The translations under genes were made by a program, and so were the position numbers. Below the pieces are notes generated by a model, which saw nothing but the letters and a program-made list of their open reading frames with translations, was not told where the DNA came from and made no database searches. Below, piece by piece: positions 38,901-50,511 of a stretch of DNA of 64,000 bases (position 1 is its first letter; every line of letters begins with the position of its first letter). The stretch is taken from NCBI GenBank assembly GCA_002633005.1, contig NMRA01000033.1:1292797-1356796 (forward strand). The letters are read 5' to 3'. Origin of the DNA: Phoronis australis (lineage: Eukaryota; Animalia; Phoronida).

Positions 38901-41900
38901 GTCTACATATGCACGGGTGAGAAACAACATGACCGCCGGTCCTCTAAACAGGACCTCCGGGGATCAAATGGGACCGCCGCACCAGAAAATGGGACTGACG
39001 CACCCAAAAACATGACCGCCCCACCACAAAACAGGACCGCCGGGGACTAAAACCGCAACAACTAACAGGCTAAGATTTATTACCGTTAGGCCTACACAGA
39101 TCATACAATGGGGCTATATACGTATGCATATGCAGGTCTTGTGCCGATTAATCCACCGAAATCTTTTGTGAGCAACAAAGGACACTTCGCTTTGTAATAC
39201 GCGGCGCTTTTGAGTTTTACTCATCACCAGGCTCCCGGCTGCGGTATGTGACTTATAAACAGTTGAAAGGTCAACATTTAATAAATCTAACACAAAACAA
39301 CCTCGTTGTACGCTTTTGAGCTAAATAATTATAATTTTATCCACTGCATAAGTTTTAGAACAAAATGAAAATCATTTTCTCCAATTTGACGTTTAAAGTT
39401 AGTCAAGTAAAAAAACGGACGTTCTGGTTCTCGGGTGAAGCATCATCATACTAGCTGCCTTTGTGCGGCAAAGCTGTACATTAAATATACAGCTTTGCGC
39501 CGATGTGGGTAAAAAACTGAACATGTAAAATCTTTACCCGGCGAATTTTTTTTAACGACACTCTTCCTTGAGTAAACTAAATTATTTCATCGGCGCTCGA
39601 GAGAAATTGTCGTTCTGTCGTTATTCTGCGTTCTCTTAAGTCGGCTTACATTGGCCGGTTCCTTTTCCCCCGATTCTTCAGTCAACTGTCCTTCTACAAG
39701 GTTGCGTACCTGGCACAACAAATTATCGAAACTGGTTTCATTTCGTTATAAGTTTTCAGTACTTTAATACCAGCAAACCGAATTTCATAACAAACCTTGT
39801 TGCCGCCAAGTTGTCATCATCTTTCGAAAGATGTCTCAAAATTTTTCTGAGGAAATGGCGCGTGCACATGTCACTTATTATTACAACAGTTCATTAGATT
39901 GTTTTTCACTCAAGCGGTTGCAAACTGCAAGGTGAGTGTTGGTTGACGCCTAGATTTTGCATGCGCCTGCATCGGTCGCGCGCTCTACTACATGTTGATG
40001 TAAGTTCCACGACGAGGTGACGAGCAGAACTACCCGGGCTGTGGGCAATGTCGGGGATGTAACGGAGCTCAATAACGCAAGGCTGTCAAGCTTTATTTTG
40101 GCGATAGTCTTTACACAGCTATCTGACCGGTTACGTCATAACCCGCAGTATCACACAAAGGCCTTAACTACTCAGTCCCCGGCGGTCCTGTTTTGTGGTG
40201 GGGCGGTCATGTTTTTGGGTGCGTCAGTCCCATTTTCTGGTGCGGCGGTCCCATTTGATCCCCGGAGGTCCTGTTTAGAGGACCGGCGGTCATGTTGTTT
40301 CTCACCCGTGATATGTGTGAGTCAGGTTTTGCGAATTCAGTGCAATTTAAAAGTTCAATGATCAAGGTGATACGATGGGCATTGGGCGCCCACTTACCTC
40401 TAATTTTACTACTACAGCAATGAGGAACTCTCAGGTCTACCCATTATGTTTTGTCCACTGTTAGACTTTTTCATTTAGGGCCCAATCCATTTAATTTATC
40501 AATTTACACAAAACGTTATTTTTTGGAAAAAGAGTGTTAGAATACAATTTCGAACTGTTAGATATTGCTTGGTCGTAAGCAAATTCGTTGCCAATGGAAT
40601 TTTATAGGTATAGCCAACGCCGAAGGAAATCTGTGGAAGCAACACAGAAAATTCGCTCAGTTTCACTTAAACCAACTAGGATTCGGCAAGTCTTCGTTCG
40701 AAAGCAAAATTCACGAGGAGGTGTCATGCCTACTGCGAGCGCTTGAAGAGAAACAAGGAGAACCGTTTGACATGCAAGTAAGCCTGACGTCTTGATTACC
40801 TGTGTTGATTACTTTTTGCAGTTTAGTATAACATGCACATTGCCAAGGTTCTGGCGTTGTTTGGTAATGGCAAGTGTATGGATAAAGTTTAGAATAATTT
40901 CAGTCCAGCGAATAGTTGTATTTCAGCAAGAAACATGGCTATGATATAAGTAACAGTTACAGTCATAATACTTGATATGCCTAACCATGTTTTTCGGCTA
41001 AAGGAAATGCCATTTGGAAAAGTCTTCCACGCCACCCCTACCTTATTAAGGCACTGTAAACCAATTTTACCAATACTGCACCTTTTCAAGATGGTCTAAA
41101 CCCGCCTTCTGTCAAAGGCTAACTTTTGATTCCGAATCTACCTTTATGAAACTGGCACCGTTCCAAAAAAACAGATTTTAGATAATTTTGGACTTTAGTT
41201 TAAGATTTGACACAGGGAAATTCATTATTTCCGCCCACAAAGCATAAAATCCCAGTACAAATTTTCGACAGCGACCTTTCTTCATTTGTTATTCAGGATC
41301 CTGATGAAACTGTTTGAAGATTTGTCTCAACTTCCAAACTTTGAAACTTCCAAATCCTGTAAGTTAGTCAAAAATAAGACGAAACTTAAGTTAAAAACTT
41401 AAATCAAACTTAAGATCATTTTCTTGCAACAGACTTGAGACAAATTTAAAATTTGTCTTAGCTAAGTCAGTTTTCTTGGAACGGGCCTGTGGTCTTGAAC
41501 TTTTCCTTATGTAGTTTAGCATGATTTATGGGCTTGGGAAGAGCTATCAGTTTGTTATTGCTTACAACTTTCCGTTTACACTTACAAAGTTGACACGGAT
41601 CAGCTGACACGGAACAAATTGTTCCAGTGTGTAAACGGACTGACACGGAGCAAATTGACACCGCGGTGACAAATTTCTGCCACCCGTTTGTGAGGTAGAA
41701 CAATTTGCGCCGAACATCTTGCGCCGTGTCAATTATAAGTCTAAACGCGAAACTGGAGCAAGGCGGAAAGGTCATCTCTACTGCGCTTGTGCAATGACCT
41801 ACGTACGTGTCTCTGCAACTCTCGTCATTTGTAAACCTGCGCATGTGCGATCCGGTCTCTCCAGCCTTTAATTTCCGTCTTGCCACGGTTAGTGAGTTGT

Positions 41901-44900
41901 GTGTGTAAAAGGCCGCTTGACACGGGTCAATTTGCTCCGTTTCAGTCAGTTTACATACTGGAACAACTCGTTACGGGTCAGCTGATCCGTGTCAACTTTG
42001 TAAGTGTAAACGGCACTTATTTATGCACTGAGCGTGTCTCAAGCAATGACCCAAATGTGAGTTCTCAAGTTTCAAGTCCAGCGTCTGAGCTTTATCTTTT
42101 TACTCGAAATCGATCTCGAAATGATTTTTATCATCTTCCATTCTACTTTAGTTCGAACTCAAGATAAATATAGATTATTACATGGCGAAGTCGTTATCCC
42201 CCGTTATCTAGAGCCCGAGTGGATTTTGGAGAATTATCACTCGGGCTCTAGATAACGGGGGATAACGACTTCGCCATGTAATAATCTATTTATACCACAT
42301 ACTGAACGAGAAACATTGCAATGAATCGATCTACCTTTCGCGACTCGCCTCGGTTTTGTAACTACTTTCTATGTCAGGGGCCCGGGGTCGGAGGTCGTGA
42401 CCTTTTAAGAAAAGCCGAGCTATTTTTGTCAAATAATGCTTTTACTCAAAACCAATTGAAAAATAAAACAAAATAGAAATGAAGTGAATCTATAAATTAA
42501 GGTTTAGCAACTATTATAGCTTACTACACATTTTATCACGCTAAGCTTCGACCGGGAAAATATCGTCTGCTAAAGTAGGTTACCACTAGTAATTGACTAT
42601 AATACTCAAGTCAAAGGATCCCGACGACACGATACCCCACATTAAATTGGAGATCGGTGATTTACAAGTGAGAGAACACGAGAGGAAAATTTCGCTGAAT
42701 TAAAATATTGTTTTTATGGAAATTATGCGTCTTATTTTTCATAGCGTACAATGCCCTTTGCTGAACATGCGAATGTTGCGCGTGCTCATTTAAGTATTCT
42801 ATTTTCACGTTCGATGACGTCAGCCCCTGAGTGGTGTAGTGGTAAAGTCGGCGACTCGAAACTCTTGAGGCCCGGGTTCGAATCCGGCCTCTGTTTCCCG
42901 CCAAAATGTTATCTCACTAGTGAGATAACTTTATGGGTTATTACACGGTTGTATCTGCCATTCGAGGCTAATATTGTGGTATAAGTGTCTGTTATACCAC
43001 AATATTAGCGTCAAATGGCAAATACAACCGTGTAATAACCCATAAAGTTATCTCACTAGTGAGATACCGATTTGGCGGGAAACCGAGGACGGGGTCGAAC
43101 CCGGGACCCTAATATTGCTAGTCGCCGACTTTACCGCTACACCACGCAGCGACTGACGTCATCAGGAGTGAAAATAGAATACTTAAATGAGCACGAGCAA
43201 TAATCGCACGTTCAATAAACCACATTGTACTGTACTTATACGCTATGAAAAATAAGACACATAATTTCCATAAAAATGATATCATAATTCGGTGAAATTT
43301 TTCTCTCATGTCCTCTTACTTGTAAATCACCGATCTCTAGTTTGAATGCGGGTATCGTGTCGTCAGGATTTTTGACTTGAGAATTATATTCAGTTACCAG
43401 TGGTAANAAAGGTCACGACCTCCGACCCCGGGCCTCTGACATAGAAAGTAGTTACAAAGCCGTGGAGAGTCAGAAAAGGTAAATCGATTCATTGCAATGT
43501 TTCTCGTTTAGTATGTGGTATAAATAGATTATTACATGTTCTCAGCCGTTATCCCCCTTATCTAGAGCCCTCGTGGATTTTGGAGAATTATCACCCTCGG
43601 GGCTAACGCCCCTCGGGCGATAATTTTCCAAAATCCACTCAGGCTCTAGATAACGGGGGATAACGACTTCGCCATGTAATAATCTATATTTATTTTGTGT
43701 TGCTTTACTTGGATGACTGTAAACCTGCCTCCCGTTCAGTAACGCTAGGACTTCGCTAAAAAGCAAGACTTCGCGAGATTACGTGATAAATTGCCGTGTA
43801 TTTTAAATGAGAACACGTGACTTTGACTGGGTTTTAGCTCGGTCCTAGCGTAGGTCCTAGAGTCTACTGAACGCACGCCTGTTTTGCGCTGAACTCGAAA
43901 TCTCGAGATTTTGCTCGAGCTTTCACGCGACTTTGAATCTGAGGTCATCAATTCCGAATTTTAACTTAATTCTGCTCGTTTGCGGCATCCTTTATGCTCG
44001 AACACTGAGTAGTAGACAATCGTGATTTCGCATTAAAGGAAAACGAAAACCATCAAAAAATTTTTCTTAAGTTCGATCGGGTTTCGCGCAGTAAAAACCC
44101 AAATCCAGAAATCTCTTCTAATCTGAGTAACTAGCATTTTCTTGTGAAAGAAGCTAGTATGATCACGATCTTGGCGTGTAGTACATGGCGATGTCTCGTG
44201 AAGTCTTGCGTGATCTCACGTTTTCGAGAGCTTCTCGTGCCTGCGGTCTGTGGAACGCTCGCCGGGGCTGCGTTTTGTGCACTTACGGCGACAAGTCTTT
44301 GCTTATGGAACGGAAACGTCATTTATATCCCGAAATTCGTTACTTTTATTCAATAATTCAGCATTCTTACCTCACCGAATACTACTTCTAATGGTCCTCG
44401 TTTAGTTTAGTTACGGCTAGTAAGGTAGTTAGCGTCCTAGTGAAAGACTCAGTTTCGTTTCACTGACTCGCGTAATTTCGCGCGGTCTTGAGTAGTCTCG
44501 TTTTTTTCACAAGAAACATGATTTATGGAACGGTACCCAGTTTTATATGGGCAAGTGGCCAAACCAAAAGCTACTCATTTTGAGTAGAGGGCGGTATACT
44601 GCAGCTTTCAGTTAAACCACGACAGTTCTGGGGTCTGTTTCATGAAAAGGGACGATCAACCTAAGTCAGAAATTTGGTTTTACACTCCCACTTCTCAAGT
44701 TCTGAATAAAGCTTTAGCCGCGTTTTTGTGAGAGCATCACAGTCTAGAAATAATTTGAGTGCATTTCTCAGTAACAAGCAGTTATGTGTATATTCTCAGA
44801 GACATTTTGCTTTGGTGCGATTTAATTATTTTCGGAAATATTTGTTTGGAGCGTAAGACCAAATTTCTGATTGAAGTCTTAGGTCACTTTCATGAAACGG

Positions 44901-47900
44901 AACCCTGCGTCTCGTTCAGTAACGCTAGGATCTCGCTAAAAAGCAAGACTTCGCGAGGTTACGTGAGATATTGCCGTGTATTTTAAATACGATCACGTGA
45001 CTTGGTCTAGATTTTAGCTAGGTCCTAGCGTAGGTCTGAACACACGCCTGATCTGGTGTACCATTATGTGTGTCTGTTATATGCACGTGTAGATTGTGGT
45101 CGTTGCTGTTATTGTTGTTGAGAAACGTCCTCGATAAATGCATTCTATACAGGAACAAACAACCACGACAGTCTTGCATAATATTAGTTTTTATTGCAGG
45201 TTCTTATGTCGAATGCAGTAGCTAACGTGGTGCTATCTATCTCGATGGGGAAACGTTATGACTACAAGGACGAGCAGTTCCAAAACTATATTGGAATGGT
45301 CAACGAAAACTTGATAGGTAATGTATGGAAATTTTTTAACAAGATTATAATGCGTTTTTCGGCAATTAAAAGAGCATATTACCGCCTGGCCTGTTTCAGA
45401 CGAGTCAATTTTTCATTTAGTTCTCCGACGGTGATTCCCATTTTATTTATCCATGAATAGACATGGTGATTAAGCAGCGTCTTGTGAGCTATTTGAGGAT
45501 ACTGAAAAATGTTGTGACCAAAGACCTTACAGCTTCGTTTTCGTTTTAATTTGCGTCGGTGACAGTCAGTTCACTTACACTACAAAAACATTTGTTTCAC
45601 AGCTTAATTCACATTCCGTTGCAACGCTAGTACTTTTTGATTTTTTTTTCAATACGTTTATCACAACCTAGATTACAGAAGAGCTATGGGATGTATGTTA
45701 CATAACTCCTACAGCCGAGTGTAAATACACCTTTCTCTTTGTGAAAGTGATTTTCTGAAATCAGCCTCAGAGCGGAATCGAACCTGCAAGTAGTAACCCA
45801 ACACTCTTTCGGTCGAGCTAATCGCACGTGACAAATGGCACGAGTATTATAAGCGTATTCACCAGTGATGACATCGGTGAATGTCTACCACACAACAGCG
45901 AGAATTGTCGATTTGTAATACAAAACGGATCTCGTTATTTTTGTAGCTCTGATGAAAGCTAATGAGTTTTTAAAAAACGTTTATCCTATCTGCAAATATT
46001 CCCAGCTAAAATGCGTTTTTCAGCCGTAAAACCGGCAATGTCCATTTATTAAGATGTATTTTAGAAGACCACATTATTTCGGAATTCTGTATCTTAAAAG
46101 TGTTATGTGAGCTTTTTCAAAACTCGATTCGCCCGGGAATATTTAAAAGGATAGCCAACTCAGACTATTTACTAATGTTAATACTACCTTTACGTTTGTT
46201 TGTAAGGCTTGAAAACGAAAATCGATTTCACAATATTTCTTACCCGGCGTTACCAACAAGAACATTTAAAGTATCATAGGCTCAAGAAAGCACTGAACGG
46301 AGAGAGGACGACGCTAAAATTGCGAATTCGAAAATAGCACATGTTCGCTTTGTCTGTGACTTTAGTTGGTAACGGATATGGAATTCTGTCACGATGAGGA
46401 ATATTAGGAGACTAATTTCATGAAAGCAAAAGACAAAATTTGATGTTTGTTTTTAATCAGCTAAACGGGGCGAGATGCAGCTATAACGTAAAAATTTGAA
46501 ACTATGCTCCGTAAATATGTGTCCATCCTCGAAAATCTAATCAAGTTCGACAAATCCAAGTTACAAATTTGATCGACCTCTGTGGGGAGAAGCCATGTAT
46601 CTGGGGCCGCTGCATCCATTTTGTGACACCGCGAGGACAGAGCTTTAGCTGAACAATACAGTGGCGGATTTAGAGGGGGTCATGCCCCCCCCCTAAGATT
46701 CCATTTGGCAATACGGGGGTGCGAATGTCTGNNNNNNNNNNNNNNNNCCCCCCCCCCCCCCAACTCAAAATCTTGGATCCGTCCCTGCAATGCTTTCATC
46801 TTTCCAGGGAAATACTAATTATACAATAGTAGGTGACAGGAACAATTCAGGGAAAACTCACCAATATATGGTTTAATATCCTTTTAAGATTCGACATACG
46901 TCTTCCAATGCCGATAGCGCACGTATTTGTTTCAGATATATGTACCACAGCTCAAAATAGTCCAAATAGGAAAAGTCATGTAATTTGCGTGTTTTGTATT
47001 ACCCGCAGCTGTGAAAAGAGCGTTTCTCCTTACTGACCTGTTCCCATTCACGCGTCACTTACCCGGTGATTTTCTCGGTTTTGAAAAGATTCGTAAGAAC
47101 GCCCAGGTGAGGAACGATTTTCTACAGACGATAATCGACGAGCACAAGAAGACACTGGAACCTGACAACATCCGGGACTATATCGACGCCTACCTTGTTC
47201 GAATGATAGCAGATGAAGAGGCAGGAATATCTGACACTACTTTCAAAGGTACATTAGGATGTAATATCTCAGATATGGTCCGTGTGGCATGGAAGAGAGA
47301 TAGTCCGTCGTGCTCACAATCCTACATTTTGAAGTACTAAACTTATGACTCGTCACTGACTTGGTCAATGTCTCTGCGTGCTCCATCCAAATACACGCAG
47401 ATCTGCCTTGTGTTCAGTAACGCTAGGACCTCACTAAAAAGCAAGAGATAACGTGAGATATATATAGATTATTACATGGCGAAGTCGTTATCCCCCGTTA
47501 TCTAGAACCCGAGTGGATTTTGGAGAATTATCGCCCGAGGGGCGTCAGCCCCGAGGGTGATAATTCTACAAAATCCACGAGGGCTCTAGATAAGGGGGAT
47601 AACGACTGAGAACATGTAATAATCTATTTATACCACATACTAAACGAGAAACATTGCAATGAATCGATCTACCTTTCTCGACTCGCCCCGGCTTTGTAAC
47701 TACTTTCTGTGTCTGAGGCCCGGGGTCGGAGGTCGTGACCTTTTAAGAAAAGCCGAGCTATTTTTGTCAAATAATGCTTATACTCAAAACCAATTGGAAA
47801 TTAAAACAAAATAGAAATGAAGTGAATCTCTAAATTAAGGTTAAGCAACTATTATAGCTTAAAACACGTTTTTTACACGCTAAGCTTCGACCGGGAAATT

Positions 47901-50511
47901 ATCGTCTGCTAAAGCAGGTTACCACTGGTAACTGAATATAATCCTCAAGTCAAGGATCATGACGACACGATACCCGCATTCAAACTGGAGATCGGTGATT
48001 TACAAGTAAGAGGACATGAGAGAAAAAATTCACTGAATTAAGATATCATTTTTACTGGAAATTATGTGTCTTATTTTTCGGAGCGTATAAGTACAATACA
48101 ATGCGGTTTGTTGAACGTGCGATTATTGCGCGTGCTCATTTAAGTATTCTATTTTCACACTTGATGACGTCAGTCGCTGAGTGGTGTAGTGGTTAAAGTC
48201 GGCGACCAGCAATATTAGGGTCCCGGGTTCGACCCCGTCCTCGGTTTCCCGCCAAATCGTTATCTCACTAGTGAGATAACTTTATGGGTTATTACACGGT
48301 TGTATCTGCCATTTGACGCTAATATTGTGGTATAAAGTCGTGTATTTAAAATGAGAGCACGTGATTTTGGCTAGATTTTAGGTAGCTCCTAGCGTAGATC
48401 AATCATAGCCTAACAACGCTCACTGGAACCAAGTCGTCAAACTAGGGAAAGTGACGTAAACGGCCCGACATATCATAATTATGAATGCGGTTTCATCCAG
48501 CAAACATGTGTGTTCAAGAGAGAGAATAGTACACTACGTCTATTCAAAGGAAGTGAACGCAGAGCCAAGATGCTAGACCTTTTCCGAGCCGTTTACTTCT
48601 CTTTCTATTGGATAGTAAGGAGATGTCAAGAGAACAGTGATTAACTCGGAAAATATATTTCCAAGACTTCCAGGGACTGGTGATCAAACGTGTTGTCCGG
48701 CGTTAAAACGCGATGGCATTACCCAAAAAACTAGTTGGCTGAACCCAAAACACGATGGCCGGGGCTATAACCAGTTGTATAGTCAGCAAACACGACGACC
48801 GGACTTCCTCAGAGACTCGCTTTGAATGTCGCGAAAAGATTCAAGTGACATCTAGTGTTTATTTTTCGTACCCATTTGTTGTGTTCAAAATCAGCAGTTT
48901 GTTCAGCCATTGTGTTTGTGCGCCAGCCAACCCGTTTTAGGTCCGGCCAACCATTTTTTGGTGTCAGTGGCCATCTGGTTTTGAGGTACCGGCCAACTTG
49001 TTTTGAGGTCCGACCACCAAGTTAGAACACCGGTCATTGTGTTTTGCAGTCCAGTCAGCTGGTTTTGAAGCCCGACAAGTGGATTTGAAGTCCGACAAAT
49101 TATTGATACTCTCCTTGTACGTGGATGCTTCTAAATACGCGAATATAGGACAAGTTTGATTCATCAAGTAACATAAACACTGAAAAGAAAAATTCTCCTG
49201 TACTCGTGTACTTATGTACCTGAGGAAGCGTGATTTTACACGTTCTCCCTATTGATTTGTATTTATGGTTTTAGTGGTGACTGGTGAAGCCAATTTTGTT
49301 TCAGAACCCCAACTTCGTCAAGTATTGATGGACTTTTTCGTGGCTGGCATGGAGTCAACAGCGAACACACTGCGTTGGGCGCTTCTGTTTCTCTGCCAAC
49401 ATCCAGAGGTGTTGCTCAAAGTGAATAATGAAATCGATGACAATGTATCACGTGATACGCTTCCCTCCACACGCGACAGAAGCAAGATGCCTTATTTGGA
49501 AGCTGTCATGTCCGAGGTGTTTAGAGTTGGCAATGTGTCAGCTTTTGGCATTCTGAGGGCCACGACGGAAGACGTGAATTTCCGAGGATACACGATACCA
49601 GCCGGCACAACAATATTTCCCAACACTACATCAATTAAATTGGATGAGAAATTATTCAAAGACCCGGAAGAATTTCGACCAGAGAGATTTATCAATGACG
49701 AGGGTGCTTACGAACAAGCGGACTATTTGGTTCCCTTTGGAATGGGTAAGGCAATCCCTTTATGGTTGCTCCACACTTGTTGCCTTTGGTAATTACTTAT
49801 TTCCAATGAGTTGAATTCAAAGTAGCCATGGTGGCAGTTCCGATTCTTTTTTAATACTACAAGCCGTGTGTTTTGTTGGGCGCATGCGCAATCAGTGTTT
49901 TCATGCCAGTACACTTATAGTAGCTGGACAGCAAGTAAAAGGATTATACGGATTTTAAATGTTAGAAACTTGATAGACAGACGTGGCTAAAAAGTCATTC
50001 TGAAAACATACGCATTCATTTATCATAGTTGCAACTGGTACTGTTTTCATTTTCCTTGAGTTTTCCTGCATATAACTTTCACTTAACATGATTTATTTTC
50101 CCCACAAAAATTGACTAAAAGATAATTCTTGTTGTCCACTGCTGTCCCCTACACAACTGAATGCACGAATATGAAGGGAAAAATTACGTATCTCGTCATA
50201 CATGTATGTTCAATGCATTTTCCACGAGTTTACACCTATTTTTAGTTTCATGAATATTAGCTATATTTGTTATTTTCCGTGTTCTCCCTGTGCAATAGCA
50301 ACCATGTTTATTTTATTTATATCCCTTTCTTTCAGGTCGGCGTTCATGTTTAGGTGAACCCTTAGCCCGAATGGAGTATTATCTTTTCCTGTCGGCTCTG
50401 CTGCAACGATTCACGTTTAGTTTACCAGACCCGTTACCTAGTTCAATGGGAATTCTTGGCATTACGCACGGACCTCGACCTTATAGGATATGTGCTCATC
50501 CGCGATCCTAG
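35725..50511 (+). CDS. Cytochrome P450, clan 2 (CYP2-like), 7 exons, 498 aa
   Basis: Exons 35725-35917, 38001-38159, 40608-40777, 45200-45317, 47009-47248, 49305-49745 and 50336-50511 sum to 1497 nt in frame. N-terminal anchor, PPGP, WKQHR, AGMEST, EVFR, PERF, FGMGRRSCLG. Confidence 0.95.
37014..37540 (+). repeat. ~520-bp dispersed repeat, copy 2 (CYP intron 1)
   Basis: Colinear with 26143-26665. Confidence 0.85.
37708..37826 (-). mobile_element. Mini-MITE of the CATGGGCGGCGCA family, reverse orientation, one end truncated
   Basis: Two CCCCACTTTTT(T/C)CAGTGCTGCGCCGCC units. Confidence 0.75.
38001..38159 (+). CDS. CYP exon 2
   Basis: YGEMFTFYLGSRPMVVLN...FSGR. AG/GT boundaries. Confidence 0.92.
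38912..40310. mobile_element. Non-autonomous DNA transposon with 137-bp TIRs (CAC...GTG) and 5-bp TSD
   Basis: 38912-39048 is the apparently perfect reverse complement of 40174-40310. TSD ATATG at 38907-38911 and 40311-40315. The TIRs are built from ~21-bp units. Confidence 0.92.
40608..40777 (+). CDS. CYP exon 3 (WxxxR)
   Basis: GNLWKQHRKF...LGFGK. AG/GT boundaries. Confidence 0.92.
41153..41489. mobile_element. PIF/Harbinger-type MITE
   Basis: CCGTTCCAA..AAAC / GTTTTCTTGGAACGG ends. Partial copy at 3048-3249. Confidence 0.6.
41572..42013. mobile_element. MITE with ~90-bp inverted arms
   Basis: CCGTTTACACTTACAAAGTTGACACGGATCAGCTGAC / GTCAGCTGATCCGTGTCAACTTTGTAAGTGTAAACGG. Confidence 0.85.
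42166..42984 (+). mobile_element. Hairpin-headed non-autonomous element, copy 1 (possibly Crypton-type)
   Basis: 5' palindrome (TAGATTATTACATGGCGAAGTCG...CGACTTCGCCATGTAATAATCTA), internal TTATACCAC...GTGGTATAA inverted repeat, internal tRNA-like box. No clear TSD. Confidence 0.8.
42824..42897 (+). other. tRNA-like Pol III A/B-box module inside the element (not a functional tRNA)
   Basis: A-box TGGTGTAGTGG (42832) and B-box GGTTCGAATCC (42875). The acceptor stem is not formed. Homologous modules at about 43080-43150 (-) and about 48175-48250. Confidence 0.65.
42992..43691 (-). mobile_element. Hairpin-headed element, copy 2 (inverted, tail-to-tail with copy 1)
   Basis: Reverse complement of copy 3. 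About 190 bp are missing at the single N near 43406. Confidence 0.8.
43727..43877. mobile_element. Small Harbinger-like MITE (GTTCAGTAACGCTAGGA family); other copies at 44908-45047 and 47403-48400 (interrupted)
   Basis: CGTTCAGTA / TACTGAACG ends, CTG flanks, three colinear copies. Confidence 0.75.
44631..44904. mobile_element. PIF/Harbinger MITE
   Basis: GGGTCTGTTTCATGAAA / TTTCATGAAACGGAACC ends, CTG 3-bp TSD, internal inverted TCAGAAATTTGGT / ACCAAATTTCTGA. Confidence 0.75.
45200..45317 (+). CDS. CYP exon 4
   Basis: AVANVVLSISMGKRYDYKD. AG/GT boundaries. Confidence 0.9.
45765..45825 (-). other. tRNA-like sequence (possible SINE head or Pol III module)
   Basis: Minus strand reads TAGCTCGACCG...GCAGGTTCGATTCCGCTCTGAGGC: A-box-like start and a B-box. 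Confidence 0.45.
46659..46787. mobile_element. CAGTGGCGGAT mini-MITE containing a gap
   Basis: CAGTGGCGGAT...ATCCGTCCCTG, flanked by CAATA / CAATG. Confidence 0.7.
47009..47248 (+). CDS. CYP exon 5
   Basis: IDEHKKTLEPDNIRDYIDAYL. AG/GT boundaries. Confidence 0.92.
47462..48335 (+). mobile_element. Hairpin-headed element, copy 3 (full length), inserted into a small MITE
   Basis: ~170-bp 5' hairpin centred on CGAGGGGCGTCAGCCCCGAGG; ends GTGGTATAA. Its flanks are the two halves of the 43727/44908 MITE. Confidence 0.85.
48628..49117. mobile_element. Old foldback-like element made of opposed ~21-bp repeat arrays
   Basis: Left arm has AAAAC...GGCCGG-type units, right arm has CCG(G/A)C..GTTTTG-type units at ~21-bp period. 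Ends CAAG / CTTG. Confidence 0.5.
49305..49745 (+). CDS. CYP exon 6 (I-helix, ExxR, PERF)
   Basis: AGMESTANTL, EVFR, FRPERF, PFGM. AG/GT boundaries. Confidence 0.95.
50336..50511 (+). CDS. CYP exon 7 (heme Cys), stop
   Basis: GRRSCLGEPLARME...HPRS* with TAG at 50509. Confidence 0.95.

Noticed and set aside
42824-42897. Functional tRNA gene
   Set aside because: A and B boxes are present but there is no acceptor or anticodon stem, and it sits inside a repeated element.
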